Of a stretch of DNA of 64,000 bases, positions 51,687-64,000 are shown piece by piece. The translations under genes and the position numbers were made by a program. Source of the DNA: Balanoglossus misakiensis (taxonomy: Eukaryota > Animalia > Hemichordata); assembly GCA_040954595.2 (NCBI GenBank), contig CM082578.2, positions 6,805,519 through 6,869,518 on the forward strand. Reading direction: 5' to 3'. The notes below the pieces were generated by a model. The model was not told the DNA's origin. It worked only from the letters and a program-made list of their open reading frames with translations, and ran no database searches. Each line of letters begins with the position of its first letter. Positions within the stretch are counted from its first letter, which is position 1.

Positions 51687-52695
51687 CAGACAAAGCGGGA
51701 ACGAGGAAACCCCGACAAAATTTCTCGCTTGCATCATCGCCGAGAGGTTATGGCTGCGAAATAGTGGGAATTAGCATGTGTGAACGGCTCTGCCAAACAA
51801 GCAAACTGTATATCAGGCTGATGTATTTGCGCTGAAGATTATTTCTGTTGGTTGTGGCTGTAATTATTTCTTACCCAGTGGCGGCCAGACAAAATATTAG
51901 GACCACCATGAATTTGGTCTGCGCCTCTGTGGACCCAGGCTACCGCACTGTCTTCGATAATAACGACACTCTTCTTTAATACCAGACAAATATGATTATG
52001 ATTTCATAATCCATCACCCAGACGCGACAGACACACTTCTCATCGACGTACAAGCACCGATACGGTTGTCTGGGCTCATTACATAGTGATTGAACGTGAT
52101 TAGCCTCCCCAACCCCGGGATTTACCGCAGCTGTTGCCCACCCGCCCCTGGTGCTGCTGGTAGAATCACGGAGGAGGCCAAGAGGGAATGTGGTATAAGC
52201 AATACCGATATCTGGATACCCTCTAACGGTACCACAGTCTTCTTCTCCAATCAACTCCCCAATTAATAACGTTAGAACTCCCCAGTGTTTGGTCTGTATG
52301 TATGCGTTTTACTGTTGACAAGGTTGACCATCTGTCGACCCGGAATAAAATTCATCCGGCGTGCAACAACAATAGCGCTCACAACACCAACAAGAATGTG
52401 TGAGCCAGTCGAAAATTATGGATTCATGGCGCGGTACCGCCATCCCCGTGATTCATGATTCGATATGCACGGGCAAAGATGTCACCATGGTCAACGTTCA
52501 CAACAACCCCGCTTTTTAAAAAAAATGGTTGGGAGACCACCCAGAATAAGAGATCAGACAAAATTTTACCACAAACAAGTACAAACAACACCAACCAAAC
52601 AAACAAACACACACAAGGACCGTGACAGTTGCTAATAGCACCTTCGAACTCATCCCACCGTGTCTACAGTTTTCTACGGCTAACGTTCAAGTATA

Positions 52696-52890
52696 TACTA
52701 TAAAACGGGAAATGTTCGCGACAGGAATTTTTCTCGATATCAAAAGAGGCAACTGTTACGCGACGATTAATTTTCGCGTTCTCGATGTAAATCACACATC
52801 GGTCTTTCGCAACAACTTTTAAAAACTTGTTTTTCGCGTTTTTGTTGTTGTTGTTCTAGCGAAGTTCGCGAAAAATCTATCGTTTATATA
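52696..52890. mobile_element. Degenerate MITE-like element
   Basis: TACTATAAAACGGGAAATGTTCGCG at the left and CGCGAAAAATCTATCGTTTATATA at the right form imperfect inverted termini, with several internal TTTTCGCG motifs. Confidence 0.35.
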
Positions 52891-54200
52891 CTGATATGCT
52901 TTGCCGTTTTAATAGTTATAATAATGCGTGGAGTGACAGTGACTGAATGTAAAATATGGGGTTATCGGATGTGCTTGTGGGCCACATCACACGAAGTCGA
53001 AGAGTTGTGCGCAGTCCACAATAGAAATAAACACAGTAGGCATTGCATTGGTTTTATCAGGCAACGACCAATGTGTACCCTATGGTTTATCCTTCCAAAC
53101 ATCTTGATTTGTCGGGGAACGACATCACACACACAGTGATTGCATCTATGGTTTCACTACATTTTCTATCCAGATATATACTAGTAGTATAGCATCACCG
53201 ATTTATACAATAAAACATGCGGTTTGCGTCGGTTTTCGGGTCCGAGACAAAAACCCCACAGAGGGCACTTGTATAGAAATGACGTGTGTATAACAATGCT
53301 TAATTATTTCTGACCGGCTGAATTTAATACTTATCGGACACCCGTGCTCTGGCGTAGTAATAACAATGCATTGTATTGTATTGTTTTCCACGCCCGCATT
53401 TGTTTTGACACATTTTCGTCATTGCTTTTTAATGTGCGGCTGCCCAATTGTTTTGAATAAACAAGAAGCAGAAGTCTTTGGGTGTGAATCGACGGCGATT
53501 AACCGATAATTGATAATGCTTTACCAGTCTAGCATTAATTGCCCAAATGACACAGTTTGTAAATTCCGACATGCGTAAACCACAGGTATCCCCCCCCCCC
53601 TTTGTTTCAAACGTTTGCGTCGCGTCTTTACTCGGAAATATACTGGTTCGAATATGGTTCAATCTTTTTTTATTACGTTACAGAAATACACACCGTAAAC
53701 AATAAACAACACAGAAAAGTACGGGAATCAGAGATTTTACATTACTATCGTCACAACTTACATGAATTTTACTTATTGTATAACAAAGTCAGTGGAAATA
53801 GTAAATTGACCTATAAAAGGAGATCATTATGATGTAAATTGCTTCCAAGCCAGTATTTGAAATACATGTAATGATGTATACCGATGTATATACTGTACTG
53901 ACTCCAGACATATGGTTTTCTATCATTCAATTAAGTGCATGTGTGTGGAAACTAAAATCATGAAAATAGTGCAAAAATTGGCAGCTCTTGAGGCTTTAAC
54001 CTGGATAATATTTTAATGACAAAGACCAAGAGGTTTCCACTAGGACACACAGAGCCAAAATTGTCCGGCTATAATTTCCAACCTTTGTCTCTAAGGTAAC
54101 AGCTCAAGAAATTCATTTAAGCAATATTTAAACAAATCTATTAAACTCGAAAATCACATTGACAGAAAGTTACATTATTCAATTGGTTTTCTCCTTGATT

Positions 54201-54270
<70 letters not shown>

Positions 54271-54321
54271 ATACAACAACAACAACGACAACGACAACAA
54301 CAACAACAACAACATAACAAC
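54201..54321. repeat. (CAA)n microsatellite 3' of the GPCR gene
   Basis: About 40 imperfect CAA units. Confidence 0.95.
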
Positions 54322-54913
54322 AAGTTATACTATCACCGCCACCACTGTCACCAAACTGGAATGCGCACAACATTATCCTGTTACCTCACGACGCTGTCTT
54401 CTATTGATTAAATAACAGTACTGACATGCTACATTTAAATTAATATGGAAATCGATCGATATTAAATATATAGTCAAAATACAGATTAATGAACAACTAC
54501 TAGTATATCCATAAGGTAGCGTTAAATATAGGAAGTAATTCTTGAACAAAGATAACAGAAAAAGCGCTTTTGTACATTCGTTCGGTAGGATAAACTGAAA
54601 AAAAACACACCTCGTGTACAGCAATTTCACTCTAAAAGATATTTTAGTGAAAGAATACCGATGGGTTTGATGATAGTAATTCAATATGGATAGCTTCACC
54701 ATATTGGCCCATTTGATTCCGCCGTAATTTATAATTGCTTTTCGACTAGCACGCAGCAATTCATATCCAGAAAATGAGCCTGTTGGCCACTTACGCATGT
54801 CAAAATGCATCGTGCGTTGCGGGCATAGGACCACAGTTTACCTGAAATGGATGTCATAACTAAACACCTAGCAGTCAGATATCCATGTAGAATCACAACA
54901 CCCCATGCCCAGT

Positions 54914-57900
54914 TCAATTGGATTTGGGCCCACTGTCCATTTTACAACACACGTCGCGATACAACCCGGCTGTGCGCATGCGTAAGAGGAACGCCACAAA
55001 AATGAAAACACCTTGCAGAGTGTTTGCGACAATGAATACGTAATCCAAGGCATCTGCTTCCACGAAACGATCCAGGAAACCTATGGTCCAAGTCACCCCC
55101 ATCACAGTGGACATCTTGACAGAGAATATCACGTGGTGGCTGGTGTAAGATTTCTGGCGATGCTTTTTCATTTCTATTTCAGATATCAGCATCGAGTATA
55201 CGGTGTACACGTAACAAATCATGTTGAAAACGAGAATGGCTCCGACAGGAACCAGGAATGTGACAACCAAGGGAACAAGTCGACCGATCCAACACACAGA
55301 ACCCTCGCTATAACCAACCTGAAAGTCGGAAGGGGCAAAACTGTCAACTATAGCACATATCCCAACGAATAAGAGCGGCAGCAACCAAGCATACAGGCAG
55401 TAATATAGGAACACCTTTCCACCACCGGAACCGACCCTTGTCAATTTCACACGCATGTACAAAATATCGGTGGCCATGACGCTCATCCAACAGAACGCCG
55501 CAAGCCACGCGTAGTGCGACACGATAGCTGCCGTTTTGCACAGCCACGGGATATTGGTCACTTCCATCACTGTTATGAACAACAACTGCGCAAGAAACAG
55601 AGCAATGGCCAAGTTCAGGATTATCTTCCCCGGGCGAGTTCTCATCTGCCTGAACGCGCATATGGTAGCGATCGTGACGAACAGGCAGACTATGGAGAGC
55701 ACACAACCGACGAGGGTTAGAAACTGTTTCAATTTTGTCTTGGAGCTCAGCTGCCAAAATGACGCCCTCGCACTCTGCGCATGACACACGAAAGCATGGC
55801 CACCCAGTTGTACAAATTTACCCTCGGGATAAACAGACGACTCCGCCGACAGAACCCCGTCGACTATCTGGAAATTCCCCTCAGGGATTTTAAAAATTAC
55901 TCCTTCTGGGCAACTCAATAGGTTATCATTGTCCCGAGACTCACACACTACGACCTCTAAGGTCGTACTTGGGACGGGGGAGACAATTTCTTCATAATGA
56001 CACGATTTTGATCGGAAAGAGTTTGGGTCGTAAAGCGAACGTGGTGTAAGATTAGCAATCGTGTCTTCGTTCGAAGTTTCGTTGTAATCTGCAATGATAC
56101 CTCTAATTGCCACCGGTACTTTTCCGTTCCCACATTCCTTGGTCTCCATCTCGAAAGTAACTGACCTCATGGCAATGCCCAGAATGGACAATTTAGAACT
56201 TAGTGCAGTCCAGGTCGCCATACATGCATTCGGTAAAAAATCCGTCAAAAACGTCAAGTCTACTTCAGCCGTAAGTGTAATAGTTACGCCATCAGTATCA
56301 GTACTCCGTGATGTAAGATTGTTTGAAATGACGGCGAAAACGGGCGTATCATTTAAAAAAGTGTTTGGGATCAAAGACTCTAGAATTTGTTGCTGGTTAT
56401 CTGACGGGGGAATTTCATCTATCGAGTGACAGGAAACACGAATCAACATGAAAATCTTTGATACAGTGTTTTGCGTGGTTGTGAGGAGCGGAGCGTTTTC
56501 TTGGGACCGGCGACGTGGCAGCGACGGAAGGGTTGTGGGCTGTGATGAAGTGATCGCGGACGAGTTCTGGTGCACGGTCGTGCGCTGGAATGGGAATTTG
56601 CGCACACACTGCTGTTGGAACACGTCAAAGATTTCGCCCTGTTGGCAAAACCAGTGCTCCCGTATCTCGTCACTCTTCGAGGTCACCACTTGCTCGCCCT
56701 GGGCAGCAAAATTAAATAATACAGTCAACATGACAACGCGGCCTTTATTTGCGTGTAACGTTGGCGGCACGCTGCAGGCGACCGACCGAAATGAAAACAT
56801 CGGTTCATTGCACTGTGCACAGTAGACGTTCTTATAATAGTGAACGCTTCGCTGCCCGAACACCACTCTGAGTGCGGTGACCGCCTGAGTGTGCGGGCTG
56901 TGGCAAAGCTCAACAACGGCATCATCGTCAAAACTAGGAAGGCAGGTGTCGACGTACGCTGCGTACTGACATTTAGTGACACTCTGTTCAATATGGGAAG
57001 GTATTGCGGATGCCATGCGGCAGAGGTCATTCGACCTCAGGTAGGCCACGACCGATGAAATGTTATCAAAGTGATCAACAACGCCGCGCATAACTTCCGT
57101 ATACTGAGGGCACTCCCATGTCAATAGGGTAAACTGGACGCTGGATTCATCTTCACCATGACATATGGCGCAGTAGATGTTACTGTACACTTTGCCGAGA
57201 GAGGTGAACACCGGAGTAACATCTAAAACCGACACATCTGCAAAAGTATGGAATTTTGAGTTAGGTCGAAAACTAATTAATAGAAGGAAAGGAGCACGAA
57301 GTTTTACACATGGCAAACTTGAATAGTACATATACTTTTGTAACGCAATAACAATGTCTGTGACTGAATGACTAAGTGACTAAATGTTGTACCAATGAAC
57401 GGACATCTACTGTATTGTACATTTTACATGAAATGATTCTCGACATTGTGTAGGAAGAGCCGGACAGTATCAAGGTTACACAAATTCTAGTAAGGCTGCA
57501 TTCACAAACACCTCTGGAGGGGGGGGGGGCAGGAGAATTGAGGGGGGGGATTTGAAAAAATTGAGGGTATGTAAGGGGGGGGATTTGAAATAATTTAGGG
57601 ACTGAAAGGGGGGGACTTGAAAACTTTAACGACTAAATATTTATTTTGAGTCCACAAAAATGCAGTTTCGCGCCCTTTATTTTACAAAATTTTCTAATGT
57701 GGGAGGGGGACACCCCCTCCCACACCCACCCCCTCCATTCATCAACACCTTTCAATCATTGACTGGTTTATCTAGTGTCCCAGGTCAGGGAACTTGCCCC
57801 ACCCCATGATAACTTTGAGCGGCGACGGTTAAATTTGTCCTCCCCAACATACCGGTAGTTAAGTTAATTTGCTTTTGCCGGGTTCATTAAAATGCAGCTT

Positions 57901-59437
57901 TGAGCTCTGTATTTTAGAAAATTTTCTTAAGTGGGAGGGGGACACCCCCTCCCAAACCCACCCCCTTCAATTATCGGTTTACAATGTCCCCCAACACAGA
58001 ATACAAATATATGTACTTAAAAAATAAAAACAATGTTCAGTTTTAATACCCACTGATGAGGGGAAACATCAGTTTCAAATTCTTTTCATGGGAGCGCTGT
58101 TTTTCTTTTTACAAGATAGATAGGTGAATGATGTGTTTTGCTCTGTGAAAGAAAATGGGGGGGGGGGGGATTTCAAAATTTTGGCAGTTCGGAAGGGGGG
58201 GATTTGAAAATATTGGCAGTTCGGAAGGGGGGCATGTGAAAATTAGCGGTAAAAAAAATTGAATTCTCCCGCCCCCCCCCTCCAGAGGTGTTTGTGAATG
58301 CAGCCTAATAAAGCAATTTTATTTTTGTAATCACACGGTACAGCAATCATTTTTATTGCTAGCCAAGCATAGATACGTGTCACTGATCCAGTATTTTGCG
58401 GTTGGGACTGAAAATAGAACATAGAGTGAGTGAGTGAGAGAGAGAGAGAGAGAGAGGGGGGGGGGAGAGTGAGTGAGTGGGTGGGTGGGAAGGGTGAGTG
58501 AGTGAGGGAAAGGGCTAATTTTCACTGGACTATAAATATATAAAGAAACAGTTTTGTTGAAAGCTTACCCTGTTTTACCCCCCTTCAAACCCGTGCGCCG
58601 ATTTTACGCGATCTTAGAGGGAATAGATACTCAGTATACGAAATAAACATTAACCTTACCACTCTTGTTTTCGCATTTCTGTCTAATATCCTCATGTGGC
58701 CAGTCGTTGGGACACCTATATGTTACTATAATATACTTAATTGTCAAATCGCGATCAACGAACTCAGTGACATCATTCGAGAGTTTCAGGCAGCGTTCAG
58801 TTGCAACTATTTCGTCAAGGCTTGGCAGATCTTCAGTGCCACCAAAGCACTGGTCTTCATAGTCATGGCAGCAGTCTTTACGAATGAGGCATCCGGGCTC
58901 ACAGCTGCACATTTTACCATGGTACGAGGACAGTTCCACGGTAGCAGTACCATTGCAGACGAGCCCGTGCGGTGTGAGGCACGAGTCCATTCGTTTACCC
59001 GTGCCTGGATAAATGCAGTGCCCCGACTCTTCGTCTATGGCATAGAACTTGGGAGGTGGTTCGGGTGTAACACTGACTGTTGACGCCGGGTAGGACAAGG
59101 TAGGAGAGGTCAACTCGGGGTAGACATAGACAGTCGCAGCTCGAGATGTTGAATGTGCCGTAGAGTCTTCTGTCGGTAGGTGGCGAGGCGGAGAGGTTAA
59201 GGGGGAGAGAAGTGACTCGGAATCTGTGCTGACAGTGTTGGTGTCTGGGGACAGATTCGCTGATGGGGACGCGCTGTCTTCTAAATCGCGCCCGTTGTCC
59301 GCTGGTCTTCTGCCATCGGACGCGCGGGTTGATCCTGGAAGGGTCGTTCGGGACGTGGTACTAGTACGAGTCCCCACCGCCGTCTCATCCCAATAAACGA
59401 CTAGAACCATGAATGCAAAACACCAAACCGCTTTCAT
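54914..59437 (-). CDS. Family-B (adhesion/Methuselah-like) 7TM receptor with signal peptide, Ser/Thr-rich stalk and somatomedin-B domain, ~1033 aa
   Basis: Exon 1 59437-58660 (G|GTAAGG) joins exon 2 57237-54914 (TGCAG|AT) in phase 1; total 3102 nt. Signal peptide MKAVWCFAFMVLVVYW; SMB motif CSCEPGCLIRKDCCHDYEDQC; two Y-x-N-x-Y-C-A-x-C-[HN] motifs; seven hydrophobic helices with family-B signatures (GCVLSIVCLFVTI, NLAIALFLAQ, C...HYAWLAAFCWM, YAWLLP, CWI, MGVTW, NTLQGVFIFVAF). Confidence 0.9.
57494..58305. mobile_element. PIF/Harbinger-type MITE in the GPCR intron, ~810 bp
   Basis: TIRs GGCTGCATTCACAAACACCTCTGGAG(G)nC.GGAGAATT ... AATTCTCCCG(C)nTCCAGAGGTGTTTGTGAATGCAGCC; TAA TSD at 57491-57493 and 58306-58308. 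Internal ~57596-58041 is nearly identical to 11221-11624. Confidence 0.88.
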
Positions 59438-62400
59438 GACTCCTAGATATGCCTAGCCGGAACTGCAATGAGGCCAAAATAGAAGGAAATGTTCTTTTTC
59501 GGTCTTTTAATGTGCTTTAAGACATTGGGTATACATGTATTGCCCCACAACTTGAAAATGAACACTGTCGTGCTCAATTCTTTGTTCACCTTGCTGGCGG
59601 AAACAGTTCGCTTGATCGTCAGAGCAGTAACTATCAAGTGAACTTTTCAAATTAACCATTTCTAAGTTTTGAGTTTCGGCAAACTCCGAAGTATACGCCC
59701 TTGTTATTCAACGTCCGAAAAGAACCTTTACCTCAGACTGTAAGTAAACATCACATAGTTTTCCAAGTAAGGAAATATGAAAAAAAAGATACAACTCTCT
59801 ATATCTTTGAAATAATGAAGTCAACTAAGTTCAGCAGATGTGTGGAAGATGGGGCTAAACATCAGGCGGCGTGAGAAAGTAATCGACCCTATCGTGTGTT
59901 CAAACCTATCGAGATTATTGCCTATTACCGTACGTACATTCATTGTTTCATTAATAGTGCCCCGTGTACATGACAGTAAACGCACAGTATTGTGATACTA
60001 CATGTAGTATTTTGACTCGGACATTGATCGTGATCTTACCTTATCAACTCTGTGCGAATCTTCAGCTTGAAGTTATGATCTTGAAAACGGATTAATGCGA
60101 AAGAGAGAATATTACACGCTTTTATAGTGATACGTTAATTACATTCAAATAACACTGACGTCACCACCTAATCACATGGATCTTCAACTCTAAGGCCGAA
60201 CTGTTGTTTGCTTGGGGAAATATATATATTTTATTTGTTTACAAAAAAACCTCACAAATCTTTCGGCTTTGTGGCAAAAGCCTATTGAAATTGCAGATGT
60301 CTTGATATCTTGCTTGCATCCATGATATAAACAAATATTGAAATGGAACGCGTGAAAAAGTCGGATTTTTTCTTTCTGATAAAAAGTTAATCTGTAAACG
60401 ATGTTTTCCCTGATGTGAATACATTCTAGACCACACGATTTTCGTCATCAAAGTCTGACGCGATAACCGCAAGCTCGAACGGACGGACGACAACTAAACG
60501 CCAATACGGCTTTAGAGACTGGAAGTAGGCCCTACAACACAGCAATTTGTCCTTGTCGGATTAAACATGCACTTAATTCACAGCGATATAAATATGTTTC
60601 CTTAATAGGATTAAAGCACTATAGATACAAGTATAGACTGCCACTAGGTATGTGCGTGTACGGGCTGAACATTATGGATTATAGGGAAGAAATAGAAGCT
60701 TAAAAGCTCAAGTTTCAGAAAAATGTGTTTTCAATAAAAATCAGTGACCATATCCGATAGCACTATCGAAAGCGCATGTCATTATTTATAAGGAAGCTTC
60801 ACCTGTCTCATGGGTACATCGACGTGTCTATAAAGTTAGGTTTCTATACCTGCGTGAGGGCGCTTTTCCCAGTGAGTTACACGGGGCTGGGAAGTGTAAC
60901 CCCGTATGTGATAGTCACTAACGCTCCACGACCCATCTGCACTGCCGTGTGTTCGAATATAACGAAATAATGAACTAAAATGTTCACAAAGATACAACTT
61001 ACAGTTCATGTAGCCCAGTTAGAAATCTGTTTACGAAGCTATAAGTTGATCGAAAGAGTATAGTGGAGGTGACAAGTTTCTTGGTAATTTGTAATAAATA
61101 TTAATTTGTAATAAATATTAACTGATCCTGCGAACATGACACACGTAGTTGTAAATATTTAACAAGGTTGTACGATGGAATACTCGGAAGGAAATCTCTA
61201 CCAGCGGGGCTTTTTATTGAACTTGATTCAATGATTTGAAAAAAATACCCTTTTCAACAATCATACGGCCGCCGGAAACGTGGTAGGTAATTGAAATTGT
61301 GTTGTTTAGAACATTGGGATTATAAACGCAATCGAGGACATTTTTCAACAAAAACTGGTCCTCTATGATACTTATGAGATTTGCCTTCACTTAACCTCAT
61401 CCCTCGTCTGCTCAAACTTTCTCAACTGAACAGACCAGCCGTCACACGTATTCTCGGGCAGAGAATTCGTTATCTGACACCCTAGCATAAAATGGCAGGA
61501 ATCGCCTCCCCTATTTTCGAATTCGTCTTTGCAAAAAAAAAAAAAACACGAAAGGCACGTGCTTAAAGCTCCGCTAACTATTAACTTTTGTTTTTTTTTC
61601 GGTAATTTTGTGCTGAAACATCATCTGGTTCGAATCCCTGAGACATGATGAAATACGCAGAATTCAGCTGATCAGCTGCAGGGTAGTCCATGTGTGTTAT
61701 CGATCTAAGTCCGGTCTATAATTCATCCGTCAACAACAACATTGTTCTTATATGTGCCCTGTTGACAATCTCAACACCGGCCGCAATAGCATGCTATACA
61801 CGGAGCAGAGCAATAAACGTTATTTATTACACAGAACACAAAACACAGAAACAAGGTCGAAAGTATAACAGCTAACATGAAGATGATTGGTGAGTTATCC
61901 TCTAGAGAAATTAAACCCAAAGCGCAGTGCCATCTGAAACCTAAATCTTCGCTTCTGGGGAACGTGAAATGCAATTTAGAGGATTATCGAGGATTAAACG
62001 TGTATTGGTTATAGTTGTGTTGCACCGAAGGCCACAATTGTGAAGTATGATAAGAAGTTTAATGAAGTCATCGGTTGAAATAGTTGATGAGCTTGGAAGG
62101 AACCGGACTACAAAAGTCAAAAGCTTTTACTGAAATCGACACCTCATGAGAACGGCATATTTATTCGTCGTGAGATAGTGCTACACACGTGTCTGTTGTT
62201 TACACCTTTGGCAATAATTCTTTACTAAGAAAGATGCAATCTTTGTAATGATGAACCGGGATTTTAAAACCCGCGGACATTTTTTTTGGATGTGACTATT
62301 AAGTGTAGTAAGATAACCAATTTCATTTGATATACCGCACCGAAGATTTGTTAGGTTACTTCATGTGCTTTGCACACTCTCGGCTAGACTTGCTCCAAGT

Positions 62401-62604
62401 CTATGGGCTTCATTATTTCACGATAAATACATTTCAGAAAATGTTGTTCCGAGTCTCTCTATATATAGCGTGTGTAGGAGTATTAATGGCCTTTTTCTCG
62501 ATCCCAGGGCAGAACAATGGAGGCAAATAAGAAATCTTTTGTGTTAGCATGTAACTGTTTATTGGAAACAAAAGATTTGACCCACTGTTGAGAAGAGCCT
62601 TTAA

Positions 62605-62788
62605 AGGTATACAGTCACCCCCAATTTACATACGCCCATATATGGCTGAAATGGCGTATTTGAGGATTCTAAAGAACATATGGTGGCGCTCTTTTTCCGC
62701 GTGTTCCACCCACCGAAAATCCGTGATTGGCTGGATCTCAAGTTACCATGGTAACTGTAGCTAAATTTCCATAGGTGACCGTATACCT
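62605..62788. mobile_element. Kolobok-like MITE (TTAA TSD), 184 bp
   Basis: TTAA|AGGTATACAGTCACC ... GGTGACCGTATACCT|TTAA. AG...CT termini with a TTAA TSD fit Kolobok better than piggyBac (CC...GG). Confidence 0.75.
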
Positions 62789-64000
62789 TTAAACGCGTTG
62801 GTCCATAGCCACTTGGTGAACGGTAACCGAAACCAGAAGCCCAGCTCCACAAATTCGAAACACATCTCAGTACAAACTCGCTCCGACGAAGCAAGCAAAT
62901 GCACGAAAAGTATTGGGGAAATACATGTAACGAGACATCGAACAGCTAGCAGAATAAGATAAGAATCTTTATAAAGACAAAAAAATCACCAAGCGACCAG
63001 TGGGCTAGTCTGACTCTCGACCGACAGGTGACGCAGACACGATATTCCCTCGCTCCAATCGGTCGCCGGGTATTCAAAGTTCACAAGAGTTTACTGTTTT
63101 GAATCTTTATGAATCTCCACTACCTGTATAGCATTTGACTGGCTCGTTCCAGTGTTTTATTCTGTGCAACAACAATGACTTCTTGTTTGATTCCCGCCAG
63201 CAGGATTACATGCCCAGTATTAATCTTCTCAACACGATCTGTTCGCAAATAATCGACAATTGCTATCGTTGAAAATGTTATTGAAGTGCGAACTCGAGGG
63301 ATTTTGTTATCAACAACAGCAACGCTCCGTATACACATATACACGACTTGTTGACGAGCTGAAGACTGGGCTAATATGTGGAGAGGACCATGAGAATTCG
63401 GACCTTATACGAAACCTGGCCCAGGATTTTTTTACAATGACAACAGTCTCGCAAGAGGCTGTATGTGAATTGTTTATTTTTTTGCTAGCCCAATCTATGA
63501 TCATCTCGAGCAACAGGTGCCCCCCCTATTTCTTTACACTTGGGTAATCAGGAGAAATTCAAAAGTTAAAGTTATGTATTTCGGATAACCAAAGTCAAAA
63601 ACAAATCTTTTCCATTAAGAATATAAAGACGAAGGGTGAACAATGTGGATTTGACAGAGGGCGATAGAACACTGACAAGGGAAACGTTGATCTCTATTGC
63701 TATGCCTTAATGAATGAACATTTCGCTCAGTTTTTGATTGAGTATGCTGACTTTGCATTGGGTTTTGTTGACAAGAGGGCCAATTAAGACTATCAAAGAC
63801 ATAAGTGTGGCTCCAACATCTTTAATTACAGGAATATTTATTGACACTTATACAAATTCACGTTTAATCAAAGTAAGACTTGAATTGTCACCGTGTCCAA
63901 ACGCCAATAGTAATGTGTACACGGCTGTCTAGCGAAAAAATATAATAATTATGTGATGATGAAGTGCATGAAATAATCAATTCATGTGAGAAAAAAATCA

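Noticed and set aside
54141-54373. Poly-Cys and poly-Val ORFs
   Set aside because: Artefacts of the (CAA)n microsatellite.
57238-57331. N-terminal extension of the 805-aa ORF (MYYSSLP...)
   Set aside because: Intronic read-through upstream of the acceptor at 57238; the signal peptide is in exon 1 at 59437.

Overview
Eukaryotic animal genomic DNA: AT-rich, with GT-AG spliceosomal introns. It most likely comes from an invertebrate deuterostome, because the NRF1 N-terminus resembles sea-urchin P3A2 as I recall it; the species cannot be determined from the sequence. Five intron-containing genes lie on the minus strand. In transcription order they are: a 2-exon SMB-domain, family-B/Methuselah-like GPCR (59437-54914); a divergent PRD-class Q50 homeobox gene with eh1 and PLDLS co-repressor motifs (50642-47375); a 21-exon STRIP1/2 (FAM40) ortholog (45692-33505); a small lysine-rich protein gene, SMKR1, absent from the ORF track (26443-24064); and a 7-exon NRF1 (18828-14878). 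Two identical initiator tRNA-Met genes follow. STRIP-SMKR1-NRF1 repeats the order and orientation I recall for human STRIP2-SMKR1-NRF1 at 7q32, suggesting ancient microsynteny. Non-coding DNA holds several non-autonomous transposons (two PIF/Harbinger-type MITEs sharing a core, a Helentron/HINE-like element, a Kolobok-like MITE, a foldback with a 9-bp TSD), a higher-order minisatellite, a 340-bp tandem duplication and microsatellites. Positions 1-11000 have no supportable gene. All exon models were built by hand from splice signals and frame continuity; no database search was run.
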